From Pelomyxa schiedti (Eukaryota; Protista; Evosea), in the NCBI GenBank assembly GCA_020536535.1, contig JAHLWZ010000791.1, positions 1 to 64,000 on the forward strand: a stretch of DNA of 64,000 bases, read 5' to 3'. Shown piece after piece: positions 50,537-63,551 of this stretch. The stretch's first letter is position 1. Every line of letters begins with the position of its first letter. Below the pieces are notes generated by a model. The model was not told where the DNA came from, made no database searches, and saw only the letters and a list, made by a program, of their open reading frames with translations. The translations under genes and the position numbers were made by a program.

Positions 50537-53500
50537 TTACTCATTGCCATTTCGGGAACATAATTTTGTCACAAAGGTGTTGACATCGGGGCGAGAAGAG
50601 GTGTCAAAGCACGCGATGTCACTGAGGAATTTCTCACATTTCCTGATGGTGGTGAGTAAAATAAAAGGGACGCAAAACAAGGAACAACATAATGGCTTGT
50701 GTATCACCAGGGATATTCACAGAGGGATCAGGATTGTTAGGAAGTGCGTCGAGAGCTTTTTCAAATTGTTTACAGAGCTCACTGTTGGGAGATTGCCGGG
50801 GGAAAAACGAAGTTAGTGGTGGAGTGGAAATGTAGTAAAAGTGGTGATTACTAGAAGTCATCAGGGAAAAATTCAGCTATATTCATAGACTTGGAAAAGG
50901 AGCCGCAAGCCAAGCTTATAAGGGATATCAGTGCCTTTTGTATCTGTGAAGTCTCCCACACCGGTGGAGCGGGATCAGGGGAAATAGCACCTCTTACTTG
51001 CGCGACAAGTGCTTTGCAGGCTTGCTTTTCATTGGGTAAATTTCTTTAAGAATATTTTTGTGCATGGGATACTTCGAAAATGTCCACGAATATTTCGTGT
51101 GAAGTACATCCAACTGTTAACTGAGTTCAAGTTAGAAGTGGTGGTTATGGGAGTGATTACAGTAATCATTTTATCATAGTGCTGTAAGAATTTATCATAT
51201 CGGCCAATTTGCTGGAGGGCATTCAAGTACAATCGATTGATTGGTAAAGATACAATTACAGCTAAGGAAGTCTTTAGAATGCGGCACGTGAACAAGTTAA
51301 ATACATGGGGACTGTGTTTCAACTAAAGCCATCAAACGTTGGCCATTTTCAGGACCAGGTGCCATAAGAATGTCATTGAAGTACCTGTTTTGTGTTGGTT
51401 GAATACACATAGGAAGTTTTACTACTTGATGCATTTTATTTGCTCAAGTACAGCATTGGGTGTTTTGAGAACAGACTGAAGGTCCTCATTTTGACCTTCA
51501 GTAGTTTCAAAAATCGTCGGATACAAAAACATATGGGCAATTGCTGGAAAGTCCTCAAATCCAACACTACACAGCACTTGTGTATACTGAGGTCCAAGCA
51601 CGCAGACAGTATCAAGGTAATCATGAACTACAGAGAACTGGATCAGACGCTTCAGGAGATCACCCGTAATGTAGTTCTTCTCATGTTGTAGTTGAGCTAT
51701 AAGTTCACTGGTTCCTATCAGACATGGAAAAGGAAAAGGGAAAGTACAAATGATTTGAGGCCAACTCCTCGACGGATCCATGTTCCATTGCCAATTCCAA
51801 CTCTAGGGACAGCTTAAATTGCTTAATTTTAGATAACAGATCTGGTGCGACTGTCTGATAAAACTTTTGGTTTGTACCCAGAAATGGAATGCTCCATACC
51901 TTAGGTTCATATTTCTCACGGTACCTTGGAGGCATGTATCGTTTAAGTTGGGTTAAGAAGAACAGGATACAAAGAAAAAATAAAAATGCATAAAACTTAG
52001 TGGATATGAGTATTTTGATACATCTTCCATGAATTCTTCCTTGTTTGGCAAGGTTTCAAGCTAAAATCAATTAAAAACATAGACAAGAGCTAAGCCAGCG
52101 CACCGACACTGTCCACACAGGAATTTTTTTGGGGTAACATAGTTCAATTATGGACAAAGCTCTGTCATTCCTGGGTACGTCAACAAGAGGTACGAAAATT
52201 CACAATCATACTGGCCAGTTCTAGCAGTAGCGGTAGCTGTAGTGAAGGCGTGCTGGAAGGATTCAGTAAATTTTCTGAGATAAACAAATCGCTCCACTTC
52301 ACACATAGCAGATTTGTGGTCTGCCGACCTGTTTCAGTGAGATTGCGTTTTGTCTTCTGACCAGTGACAACATAACCTTGAAGCAACCAAGGAGGAAAGG
52401 AAGGGTTTCCCAAGGTGAAGAATGTCAATAAAGCCAGTGGTAGTCAGTCCTAGTATGCTACACAATGACCGTGGTAAGAAGTCCACTATATTCTGTGTGT
52501 AATGTGATATGAAAAAGGAAGTCCCTGTACCTTTCAGAATGGCGCTGGCAGATTCTCTTATGTCTGTGTCAGGCCCTCTGATCTCTGTTCTAAGTTCGTT
52601 GATTGTGTGGAGATAATGGTGTGGAGTTTCATAGAGACTCCATAAAATTACATCAGAGTCAGTCGAGCCACTGCACAAGAGTTCACAGTGTTGTTTGGAC
52701 CAAGAAATCTTTGGGTCTTAATTACTTGGAGGGTGTGGTACAAACATACTGATTGGACACTGTTGCAGTGCTGCTTCATGGATAAACTGGGTCTAGCAGC
52801 AAATCTCAAATCCCACACCTAGAGAGTTAAAAAAGAGATCTGATTCAGGGCAATACATTAACAACAGCGTCATTTCCTCCTGAGGCAACCCAAAACGGTA
52901 TATAAGGACTCCATGCTAGGGAACAAACACCATATGCATGTGCCCCTGGGATATGCTTAACCTGAGGAGTACGTTAGCTGGGGTGAGATGAGAAGTAGGA
53001 TTAACTGGACTTGACTGCCTTGTGTCAATATAAAAAAGGGACCCATCAGCGGTCCCCGCCATGAAATTGTTATCACGGCATGTCGAATCACAGGCACAAG
53101 ACAGAATTGTGTCATAAAGCTGTTATTACTAAATGAATATCTTCTGTGAATTTATTTCATTGTCGCTCACGTTATAAGCTTGGGGAGGTCCCTCTCGGGA
53201 TGAGTCCCAGGTACAAACAAGTCCACTTGAGGTAGCCAAAAATTTACTTGGATCTGCAGGGTAAATGCACACATTGTTCACTTGAGTGGAGGTTTCATTA
53301 AAGCGGCCTGTCTGAATCTTATATGCAGTGCTGTGCTTCTTACAGACACCAGAAGCAACAAGCTTTTTGTTTGTTGGGGTTGATTCTTAGTAAAAAAAAA
53401 AAAGAGATAGATAGATGCAGCTACCTCCCTTTCAGTTGGAAAACGGTATGTGTGAAGTAAGCGTGTATGTACATCATTTTTCATGTTGTAATAGTTGATG

Positions 53501-53962
53501 GTTGAACCAGTGGTACCCATTACAAGCATGGAACCAAAACTATCAAGGCTGCATACTCTACGTTGATTGCTCTCATGGGGGATTGAGTAATCTCGATCGA
53601 GCTTTAAGGAATACAGTTGAGTTTAGGTGTGGTATCAACAATATACCCACAGTGAGCTCTTTTTTGCGATGCACTGTGAAGGCATTGACAGTAGTCATAT
53701 CAGAGACAAACACATAATCTTTTGCCTGGTTTTTTTGTTAGTGGGCATTTGAAAGCCAATCATTAATCACATTAAATTGAGTTGCAGTAGCAGCAAGGCA
53801 GAGCCCAAGTTGTCTGTCACCCAATGGGGGTCTCTTTGGCAAAGAAATCAAAGCAGTTCTAGAACAAAAATTGGTCCACCAAATCAACAACTCCCAACAA
53901 AAACTTAGCCCATAACAACAGTACGCCACCTGGCCGCACGGTTGGCCTGTTCGTGCCTCCAT
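50537..53962 (-). CDS. WD40-repeat protein with helical C-terminal half; multi-exon
   Basis: AHAYGVCSLAWSPYIPFWVASGGND.|VWDLR, H.NSVQS, ISWSKQHCELLCSGSTDSDVILWSL. The ends come from manual splicing. Confidence 0.75.
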
Positions 53963-54342
53963 CTATCAAGCCCACTTTTCATCGCCGAAAAAACAAAGGT
54001 ATAGAATAGACCTTAGAATAGACTGGACGGCTGGTTAGGATTTGGGATAGAAACTGGCCCTGACGTAAAAACTAAACTTGACAGTTGCCTTGATCACTCT
54101 TTGTTTTTTTTTCCGTTCCGCGTCTAATTTCATTTTCGTACCACGCGAAGACACAGCGTCGCGCTCCGGTTAGTATCGCCTTTTTTGTATTGTCATTGGA
54201 TCTCTGTAGAGTTTTGTTTCGTTGTTATGTTGCGTTGTGGTTGAGCTCTCGCTTTTTTTTTCCCCCCAGCTGTGTTTTTTGTTCGTGTTTTTTTTTCCCC
54301 GAGCACGCAATAACCATACAAACATCAGCCACACCAACTCGG

Positions 54343-55175
54343 ATGGCCACCCCTGAGCCCAAGCTCTTCCACAAGTGGACTTACGGAGATGTTGTCGTGA
54401 ACGACATCTCACTTGTTGACTACATCGCACTCAAACAGAAGGACAAGTTCGCTCAGTACTTGCCACACACTGCAGGACGCTACAACGTCAAGCGGTTCCG
54501 CAAAGCCCAGTGCCCAATTGCAGAGCGTCTTGTCAACGCACTCATGTTCCACGGCAGGAACAACGGCAAGAAGCTGCTTGCTGTTCGGTATTGCTTTTTC
54601 CCCTTACCTTTTTTCTGTTGCTCCTTCTAATCCAACCCAAACGTTATCCTGCACCACAAATACGATTAATTAATTGAAACCAAAAAAGAGTTATTAACAC
54701 TTATTTCTCTTTACAGTGTTGTGAAGCACGCTTTCGAGGTTATCCACCTCATGACAGACAAGAACCCACTCCAGATCTTGGTTGATGCCATTATTAACAG
54801 TTGCCCCCGTGAGGATTCCACCCGTGTGGGTACTGCTGGTGTTGTCAAGCGACAAGCAGTTGATGTTTCTCCTCTGCGCCGTGTGAATCAATCACTTTAC
54901 CTGCTCACAACTGGGGTATATTCCCTTTCAAAAACAAACACAACAAATACAAGCGGAACCACCCGAAATCACCAACCACAGTTCGCCCGCCTCCTTTTTA
55001 CCGTGGTACTAAGTTCTTTAAATAACCGCAGGCACGAAACGCATCCTTCCGCAACATCAAGACACTGTCCGAGTGCCTTGCCGATGAGATTATGAATGCC
55101 GCTAAGGGGTCATCTAACAGCTTTGCCATCAAGAAGAAGGACGAGATTGAGCGTGTTGCCAAGTCAAATCGTTAA
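54343..55175 (+). CDS. RPS5: 40S ribosomal protein S5 (uS7); 3 coding exons
   Basis: [64 protein letters not shown]. Confidence 0.98.
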
Positions 55176-55277
55176 AAAAAGAAAAGGAAATTATCTCCAG
55201 CTGTTTCTTTTTTTTGTTTGGTTTTTCACGTGAATTGGGATTGAAGTATTTTTTTCGTTTTACGATGAGACATTTGC

Positions 55278-57071
55278 TCAGGCTTCTGGTACTAGGCCGC
55301 CAAGGATTCCATGGGAGTAATCATCATGCAATTGTTGTTTCTGTGGGTCACTGAGCTCAGCCCAAAAACTGACAAAAATCCTCAGTTCTTCAACAGAGGC
55401 TGTTATGGGCTGTTGTGTGTTTTGCGGTTGTGTGTTCTGCTGTGGTTGTTGCCGTAGTGAATCAATACGTTTCCACAGACTGGTAAATTCCTCTGAAAGT
55501 TGGTTGGCGAATCTGTCCCGGTTGTCATGTATAACACACGCACAATCATAGTCATTGGCTAGAATATTGCCCCATACTGATGATTGTGAGGAGCCGTTTA
55601 GTACATAGTAGTGTGGCGGAAGTTGTTTTCCCCCCTCTTCGGAGTGACGCTTGACAAGTACTCTGATTAGGAAGTCCGAGGTATGATTGAGGTGTTTTAT
55701 GTAGCCATTGAAGTTATAGATCAATCTTGCGAGAAGAAACAAGTTGGTATTCATTGGGTCTTCGCTCTCCACGCAGAGAAGCATATGGTACCTTGCGGGT
55801 TCTTTTACTGGGCCGTTGTTTCCGATTCTTCTGTACTTCCCCAAACCGTCTGTGTAAGTGTGAAAGCTTTCCAGCAGCCTCAATCTGTGAGCTTTGAACC
55901 ATTTCAGACACCCCGTCACTGTGGCTTGAAGGAGTTCTTGATACAAACGAGAAATATTCAAAGGAAATGGAAGACGCTGGTATGAATTCTCCATAGTGGG
56001 GAGTGGAAAATCGCGGCCTCTCTTTCTTGTCACTATGTCTAGTACTTGATCTTCCGTACCAACAGGGCATTGCTCTCGTCTCTCTGGATAGCCCTGAATA
56101 GGAGCCAACTGTTCAAGCCTCTCACAGTAGCCTTCTGGGCGATAGACAGGTGAACTTGGAGAATAAATTTTGGCCGTCTCAGCAGTAGCTGAACAGCAAG
56201 AAGACCCAGGCCTCGTCGGTGAAGAGAATCCCGGAAGAGTAGGACAACGGTTGCTCTCTGGAGATGACTGCGGAGAATTGTCATGCAGTGATGAATTGTC
56301 AAGAAGAAACTGCAGCGGTTGTTGCTGCAGGATAGCACCACATCCTCCTGAAGGTGAGGCTGGAAATCCCGAGAAGCAAGAAGAAGAAGCTTTGCTACCC
56401 CCATTGAGCCCCACAGGCGGAACCACCTGGGCCGGGCAATGCTGGCTCTCTTCAGTAATATCCACATCCTGGCGAGAATGCCGTGGGCAGGTACCAGCCA
56501 AAGTGCACGGCAGGCACCAAGTCACGCCCCCAGAAGTGAATGATAATGACGGCGAAGAAGAAGGCGGCGAGAACAAGCACCCGCCAACGCCATTGCTCTC
56601 CGGTGCAGTGCAAGCTGCAGCGGACGAGGACGAGGACGAGGACGTCGCGGGGTCATCTGATGTTGGAGAGGGCGTTGATGATGCTGAGGGCGGCGAATGC
56701 GGCTGTGATTGCAATTGTGGCGACAGCAGTCCCTGGGGGATGCCAATGACCATCAGCAGGGGTGCGCTGGCCTGGGCCCTGTGCCCGCTGGTGATGGGCC
56801 TGACATTCACAAACCCGATCTTGAGTTCTCCCTGAGGCTGAGACTGGGATTGGGACTGGGGCTGTGGTTGTGGCCACGTTCTGAGCCACTGGCGCCACCT
56901 GTCGTTGCCGCGAAGCTCGGGGACGGAAGCCCACTCGGCACCGTCGTCGGGCCTGAGAGGGCGTATGTCCCGAACTGAGCGGCGTGATGCCAACTGACGA
57001 AGCTGGAAGGGCGGTTGCTGGACCCACACTGGAGCATTGGACACGTAGATGCGAGAATTGGCCTGGCTCAT
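55278..57071 (-). CDS. Hypothetical intronless protein (disordered N-half, globular-looking C-terminal ~230 aa)
   Basis: 597-aa ATG-initiated ORF; no recognised family. Confidence 0.7.
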   Translation of the reverse strand: MSQANSRIYVSNAPVWVQQPPFQLRQLASRRSVRDIRPLRPDDGAEWASVPELRGNDRWRQWLRTWPQPQPQSQSQSQPQGELKIGFVNVRPITSGHRAQASAPLLMVIGIPQGLLSPQLQSQPHSPPSASSTPSPTSDDPATSSSSSSSAAACTAPESNGVGGCLFSPPSSSPSLSFTSGGVTWCLPCTLAGTCPRHSRQDVDITEESQHCPAQVVPPVGLNGGSKASSSCFSGFPASPSGGCGAILQQQPLQFLLDNSSLHDNSPQSSPESNRCPTLPGFSSPTRPGSSCCSATAETAKIYSPSSPVYRPEGYCERLEQLAPIQGYPERREQCPVGTEDQVLDIVTRKRGRDFPLPTMENSYQRLPFPLNISRLYQELLQATVTGCLKWFKAHRLRLLESFHTYTDGLGKYRRIGNNGPVKEPARYHMLLCVESEDPMNTNLFLLARLIYNFNGYIKHLNHTSDFLIRVLVKRHSEEGGKQLPPHYYVLNGSSQSSVWGNILANDYDCACVIHDNRDRFANQLSEEFTSLWKRIDSLRQQPQQNTQPQNTQQPITASVEELRIFVSFWAELSDPQKQQLHDDYSHGILGGLVPEA

Positions 57072-57327
57072 TTTTGTGGCTTTGGTGTTGTTTGTTAGTT
57101 TGGTGGTGTGTGTGCGTCGTAGTGGTGAAATATTATTAACTTGAAGGTTGTTGTATTGCGCTTTTCGTCACTTATCTTAGGGCCCAACTTGAGCCATTTT
57201 CGTTTCGACTTTCAGCAACGGTTGTAGCCCTCCAAGTTGCCACCACCAGCTTGATGAACGCACAATTGCGTTTTAGGAAGTTGATAAATGCCAAAAATGG
57301 TAAAAACATGGTTTTCTTTTTGTTGTG

Positions 57328-58880
57328 TCAGTCCCAGTAAACACCAAAGATGAAGATTGGAATCCCAGCATAGAAGCCGGACAAAAGCACCAGCAGCGAG
57401 ACTATCAACCCCAGGGTACTCACAAGAGTTCGGTACCTGCGGCGCACCACTTCTGCCAACAAACCTGTGGCGACTGTGCCAAAGGGTGATACTACTGCCC
57501 ACATGGTTATAGCCGAGACGATGCGGACGTCCATAGAGCACATCGAGGCGATGCTAAGGCCAATAAGTAGGAGGGAGCCGAGAACGCAGAAGACCCAGCC
57601 GGTCACGAACAGAGCCAGCGTATTTCCCGCTTGGGTGACAACTTCAATCTGTGAAAAAACAAGTGAGTACATAGGGGGATTTCTCAGGCGGCTTACAGAG
57701 GGTAGCATGATGAGTGTATTTCTATCCAAACGATTCAACTCGCGAAGCATCAGCGCAAAACCAACAGTGCCCATGATGACATATGGAAACTGGAAAGCGT
57801 ACCAAGCTACCCATGTGCATCCCCATAAGAACGCCCAATCTTCATCGGCGTAGTGCGTGATGTTCTCATCCCCAAGGCAGGCCATCATGATGAATCCTCC
57901 CATGGCAAATATGCAACCAAGAACACCAAAGGCGATTATACATTCTGCATTAACACTTGTCAAGTAAGGTATTTTAGACTAGAAGACTACTTGCGAAGTG
58001 AATCCTATTTCTCATCAAAAATGGGAAATAGTGGTAGAGGCAATATAAATATATGGACAATGCCATTGTAACAATTGAGCATGGTGCCAATACCCAGTAG
58101 ATCGCTGATATAATCTTTTCGAAGAGTTTTAACTTTTTTTTTTGGATGTGGGAGTGATCAGTACCCCAAAAAACACATTTGCAGCAAGACACATTGCCAG
58201 GACATTGTAGTGTGTTCTACGGCTACCACTAGTAAGTAGATTATCTACACGCCTTGAAGCCTTGAAACCACTTAAGTGGTACACAAAGTTAGTAAAAAAA
58301 AAACCCCTCGCACTCAACAAAGAAAGAAAAACCTCTGAATGAATTGATCAGAAGAGCACATCTTAGGGGCAGACATAGCAACGCCCGGCTTCCGCGAAGC
58401 CAGAAGATAGCATCCCAGGGCGAAACCGTCCCTGGTCGCGCCGGCCTCGCTTTGCTCGATGATGTCGTACACCCCCTGGACGACGTTCTCAGGCTCGCCG
58501 TATCTGGACCACTCCCCGCAGACGACGACCCTGCCGACCACGTCTCTGGTTTTTGGCAGGGTGTCGTAGATCGCGTCGCAGGCGGCGCGGAACTCCCGCG
58601 GGACGATCGAGCCCTCGGTAGGGGGCGCGGCGCCGGTCCCGGTCTCGGCGGCGGCGGCGGCGACGCCGGTTGAACCGACGGCGGAAATTACGGAGACTGG
58701 GACGGCGGTTGCTGAGGGGTCGGCCATGACTGTCATGGGGATGACGGTAGGGCCCGCGGACATGATTATGGGTGCGCCAGTTGGGGCGCCACCTACGGCG
58801 GACGGGTCCATTTGAACAAAGACTGTGCCGGGGGGTGGTTGGCCCACAACCGGGCTGCCGTCGGGGTTGACGTAGTACAT
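57328..58880 (-). CDS. Hypothetical membrane protein (Pro/Val-rich N-terminus, about 5-6 C-terminal TM helices); multi-exon
   Basis: ORFs 58314-58880 and 57328-57963 can plausibly be joined by short introns; the join was only partly traced. Confidence 0.55.
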
Positions 58881-59077
58881 TATGGGAACTGTGGCTGGGT
58901 TGGTTTGTTGTTCTCTTGTTATCTACACTGACGTTTGTTCTGACAACCGCCAAGTTCTCTGCCGGCTTTTTGAAGGTTTTTTTTTTTTAATAATTCAAAG
59001 TGTGAAAACAAATGTTTGATGTTGATCGTATGATTTTTCAACTTTTGCTAATGGCGTACCCCACAGATCTGTGAGGA

Positions 59078-62000
59078 TCAACTGAGGAGGTGCTTGAGGA
59101 TAGCGACCCGTGTGCCTTCGTCGATGAGGGTGGCCTTCTCTCGGAACAGAATCTCGCACCAGGGTGCAACTGCCGGATGACTCTCGATGTTCTGCCTCCT
59201 ATGGCAGCAATCCTGGTACTGAGCCATCAGCCTCTGGTCATTCAGCTGATTCGTATTCAAGGGGCACTTGAGGATCCTCCTCTCCTCAGCCTCCCGAGAC
59301 GCAAAGTCGGCCCTGAACAAGAACCTCTCCAAGTCTCCGTACTTGTGGTTCTGGGTCGCCAGCAGATACAAGATATCGCACACGGCCCACCTCCACACGT
59401 CCATCATATCCGACGTCCAGAACGTGCACCTCGGCCGCGCCGCCTCGGCCACCCTGAGCACGACGACGCGCCACAGGTCCCGCAGCTGCGCGGGGCTCGA
59501 GACGCACGTGGTGTGGCCCGCGACGCACCAGTGCAGCACGGCGTCGCGGATCACGCGGGCGCGGTTGCACTCGGTGTTGCCGAGCTCGCGCAGGTACGCC
59601 AGCCGAGATTCGTTGGAATGGAAGCGCAGCAGCTTGCGCTTGTCGCCCAGCACCTCGAGCTTGTTGCAGGCAAAGTAGATCGAGGGCCCGTAGATCGTCG
59701 TCGAGGGCTCCCACCCAGAGTCCACGAAGGCGTCGCCGGGCCTGGGCTTGAAGAGGAGGCTGCCGATCGAGGCGGCCGAGGGCGCGGCGGCGGCGGCGGA
59801 TCCGCACCACTTGACGTAGTTTTGCTCGGCGGTCGTGAGGGACGTGTGGGTCTGCATGGTGAAGAGGAACGCGAGCGCGCGCGTCAGGATTGTGGGAGGG
59901 ACCTGGGTGCACGCAAAGGCGCGCTCCGGGGGCGAAATCACGAGCTTCACGTGGGCGTTGGCGCACACCGCCTCGAATTGGGTGAATTGGAGCAATTTCA
60001 CGCGAGAGGAGCAGGGCGCCGTCGGGTCCTTGGGGTCGTACTCGAACATTTCCCCGGCGATGCCGGAGAGCAACTTGTCACTCTGGTCATTGAGCATGCA
60101 GGTAAGGAACAACTGCAGAATGTGCCGCTCAAAGCCGCGCTGCAAAACCTGCTGTTCGCACTCGAGGATGATGTGCTTCTGCTTGGGGGGCAGGACGATT
60201 TTCCCAATCGCGGTCATTGCGTGAAGTGCGTCGAACGGCTGCCTGCTGCAGACTTGTGGGAGCCCGACATTGACAAGTGCCTCGCTTATGCATACTTTGG
60301 CCTCTGGCCCGGCATCAAAGAAAGGGGACGTGCGAATATTGGAGGATATTTCCTTGATAAGGAATTCCAGGCTGTCAAACAAGTATGTCCTGATATCTTC
60401 GCGCTCAAGTTCTGTCACACACAGAGAGAGAAATTGAAGAAAGATTGGGATTCCAAGGTCCAGTCCTCCCACCATAACGCTGCAGATTGAACGGTAAACC
60501 AATTGCAAATTTGGTTTGAATTTCAGCGAAATGCACGGAACTGCTGCTGCCACTGGCTGGCGGTAAAGATCAATGCCCCGCCGTTTGAGCTGTAAAGCAC
60601 AACTCCAGCACAGCACACTTGATGAAAAGCATCTGGAAGAATTGGCTCCGCGGCATAGAGGAAAGTTGAGCCGGAAGTCGGAGGTGTTAAAATCGATGGC
60701 TGCTTTCTCTGGTGCTAGCACCAAAATGGCCTGGGCGGAATTCCCCATGCATACAAGGCATTCTGTGACATTGTGGGCATTAGTCACGAAGTCTACTTCA
60801 TCCTGCAACTGGGTTTCCTTTCCATCCACCTGTTTAGCTCTTGCAGCCCGATTGGACATGACATTCTGGGAGTTCATGGTGTTAGCAGAGATTCCAGTTT
60901 CCTTTTCTAAAACTGTAAGTCCGGCTAAAATAGGGCTGAATACAGATTCCACTACTCCAAGAACTGCTTTCCGCGATTGTCGCAACTCCTCTTCCAGTTG
61001 TTCTAGTTTGGCACGTTGTTGCTTGTACTCTGGGATGACATCACGATTTCCACCAGCAATCAAGTCCAGAAGTTCATCTACCTTCTGTGCGATAGCTTTG
61101 TATTCTTCCGACTGTCTCAATTCCGTGGCACGACGTTCAGTGGCCTCTTTAGAAAAGTGGTTGCGAAGTGATGACACCACTTCCCTGCATAATGGCAAAG
61201 CATTTTGAAGTCTACAGGTTTGTAATATGAGATCCCAGTCAAGAGCTGCTACTTCATCGAGAGTAATACCGGTTGTTCGATGTAACCTACGCAGATTGAC
61301 GGCAACACCCTTACTTGGCATCATTATCCAGCCTTCACTTGCTGGGAATTTTTTTTCAAGTCCCCAGCTCCTTTCCAAGCTGCTTTGGTTTACTGGAATG
61401 GTAGAGAGAGCCTTAAAAATGACAGAAACTGATGGATTTTCAGGGAGAGTAAGCCTTTCAACTGCTGGACCACGCTTCAAAACAACGAACGTCTTTTGAC
61501 CAGAGCTACTTGTAAACATAACTAGTCCAAGCATATTTCTGCACTGATACAGGGGTGCAAAGCAAGATATATTTGTTTGCATAGCGGACTCGAATGTTTC
61601 TTCTTCCCATGATGACTTCTGAACAACAACGAGTCCGATACCAAGAACTGCACTCCGGAAAGTACTTGCTGCTCTTTCAGTGAATTGTTTCACCTCTGTG
61701 GCATCAATTTCACCATCTGTAGTAATAACAACAACTGGAGATGACAACTCCTCAGTAAACGCTGATGAAATGAAGCAGCTTGGAACCGTTCCCCCACCAG
61801 ATTTAGAGCCTGCCCACTTATCTGTCCGTGTTGCTGTAGTATTCCACAATACACGCCTAATACATGCATTATCGCCGTGTCCGCCAAATCCACAAGTCAC
61901 GAAGTACTCAGAGAATTCACACTCTCGGCGAAGGACAAACCCGGCAGTCGAGCCAGAATTATCCACGAAAATGGAAATGGGTAAGTCACTGACAGGAGTG

Positions 62001-63151
62001 ACTTGGTCACCTTCTTCTGTACCACATGTTTCAATAGGCACCACTGCCGGAAGAACTCCTTCAGTGGCTGATCCAGTGCCAGTAAGGTTTGCTACATCAG
62101 AGAGTCGATGTGATGCGCGCTCCTTTGCTTCTGCAATCCTTGCAGCTTTTGCTGCGCGAACTATCTCAGGGTCCAGTGTTGCTTCCCAGCGAGAAACGGC
62201 AGCTCGCGAGGCAGCGTCAGCAACAACAACAGCTTCACATTCACGCTGAGTGAGGGAGAACTCTCGAACAACGTGAATTGCGGTTTCAAGGGAAATCATG
62301 TGGCCAATAGAAATGAAAACGGGATTACTTGCCTGCGTTGCCTGAGTTGCAAAAACAGCAGCCACACCCAAAACTCTGCCATTACGCGCACTGGAAGCAG
62401 AAGCTGATGTTGCGGAGGACGCAGTACAAACGGCCGTGGGTGACGATGATGCAGTGGAGGTAGTGGCAGTTGGTGAGGTGGAAGTGGAAGTGGAAGGTAC
62501 TGTGGATATACCTCTTATGGTGACAACCCTTTCGTTCGGGGAAGTAGCCTCATTTGGGCCTAATTCCCACTGAAGCATTGTCTCCTTTTCTCCCACTCCA
62601 TCGGCGAACAACGGCGTCTTGGCCACACCAATACTTGGCCAGTTTAGCTCAAATCCCACGTGAGAAGCAGACCCGAATGCGCGAGGGTGCCATATCCCAT
62701 TTCCATCAATAATCAACACACTGTTAGCAGGAGTAGCATCTGGAAAGTCAACTGCCATTCTGCCCTGTATGAGCTCTTTGAAAGCCGGAACTTCACGGAA
62801 TGCCAAGTAGCCACTAGGGTAGTTCATGTGCGAAGTGTTGTGCTGCACAAGAACACAACATTTGGCATGAGTGTGGGCATCCAGCACAGCTACACAGGCA
62901 AAACTCTGTGTTGGGTCCACAGGGGAGAACGAAATATCACACCCAATTACATACCTACACCCAAAGCACCCCAAAAAAGAATATGCATCATTTCAGTAAG
63001 TGATGATCCCGGCATTACAAACAAAATGAGGGATACAAAACAAAACAAAAAAAAATTACTTGAGGTCATTGTGGTAGTCAATTGCATCCGTAGTAATTAC
63101 CTTTGGAGCACACTCCAATTGGTATTTGGTCCACGCACTCACATCAGACAT
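59078..63151 (-). CDS. Endonuclease V - VWA - Cys-rich fusion protein (about 1,320 aa, one intron)
   Basis: Exon 1 MSDVSAWTKYQLECAPKVITTD..DLK splices to YVIGCDISF. Then YPSGYLAFRE, IDGNGIWHPRAFG.ASH.G, SIGVAK, PVFISIGH, ADAASR, followed by VDNSGST, GGGT, ITTDGEI, CLVC and CWSC. Confidence 0.88.
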
Positions 63152-63551
63152 GTTGTGTTTATTTTGTTTGTCCACGGTCAAAAAAGATTGGCGTCGCTTT
63201 TACTGCCCCAATCTTTTCCGGGAACGAAAACCACCTTTTTTTTTTCAAGTAATCCTTTCCCCTTGTAAAAACTCCTCGTACGCAATGCGTTGTGTGGCAT
63301 CTATGACATAGTAGCCATTGCATTGTACAAGTCATTGCCAACAGTTCTCTGCAAGCAAGAAGCCTGTGTCATAGCAGAGTGAATAATTCTGACTTAGAGT
63401 GGCTGGAGTGAAAGGGCGGCCTCGTTTGGGGAGCGACGTACTCGCACCCATATCGGGTGGATGATAATCAATATGAACATGTACAGTGGGTCAACGGCTG
63501 CAAATATGACTATAGTTGTTATTTCCTGTGTTTTGATGGCGTCGTCTACGT

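Noticed and set aside
59090-60490. Long antisense or alternate-frame ORFs (also 11347-12037, 46034-46546, 48500-49231, 56170-56835)
   Set aside because: Shadows of GC-rich or repetitive coding sequence on the other strand or frame.
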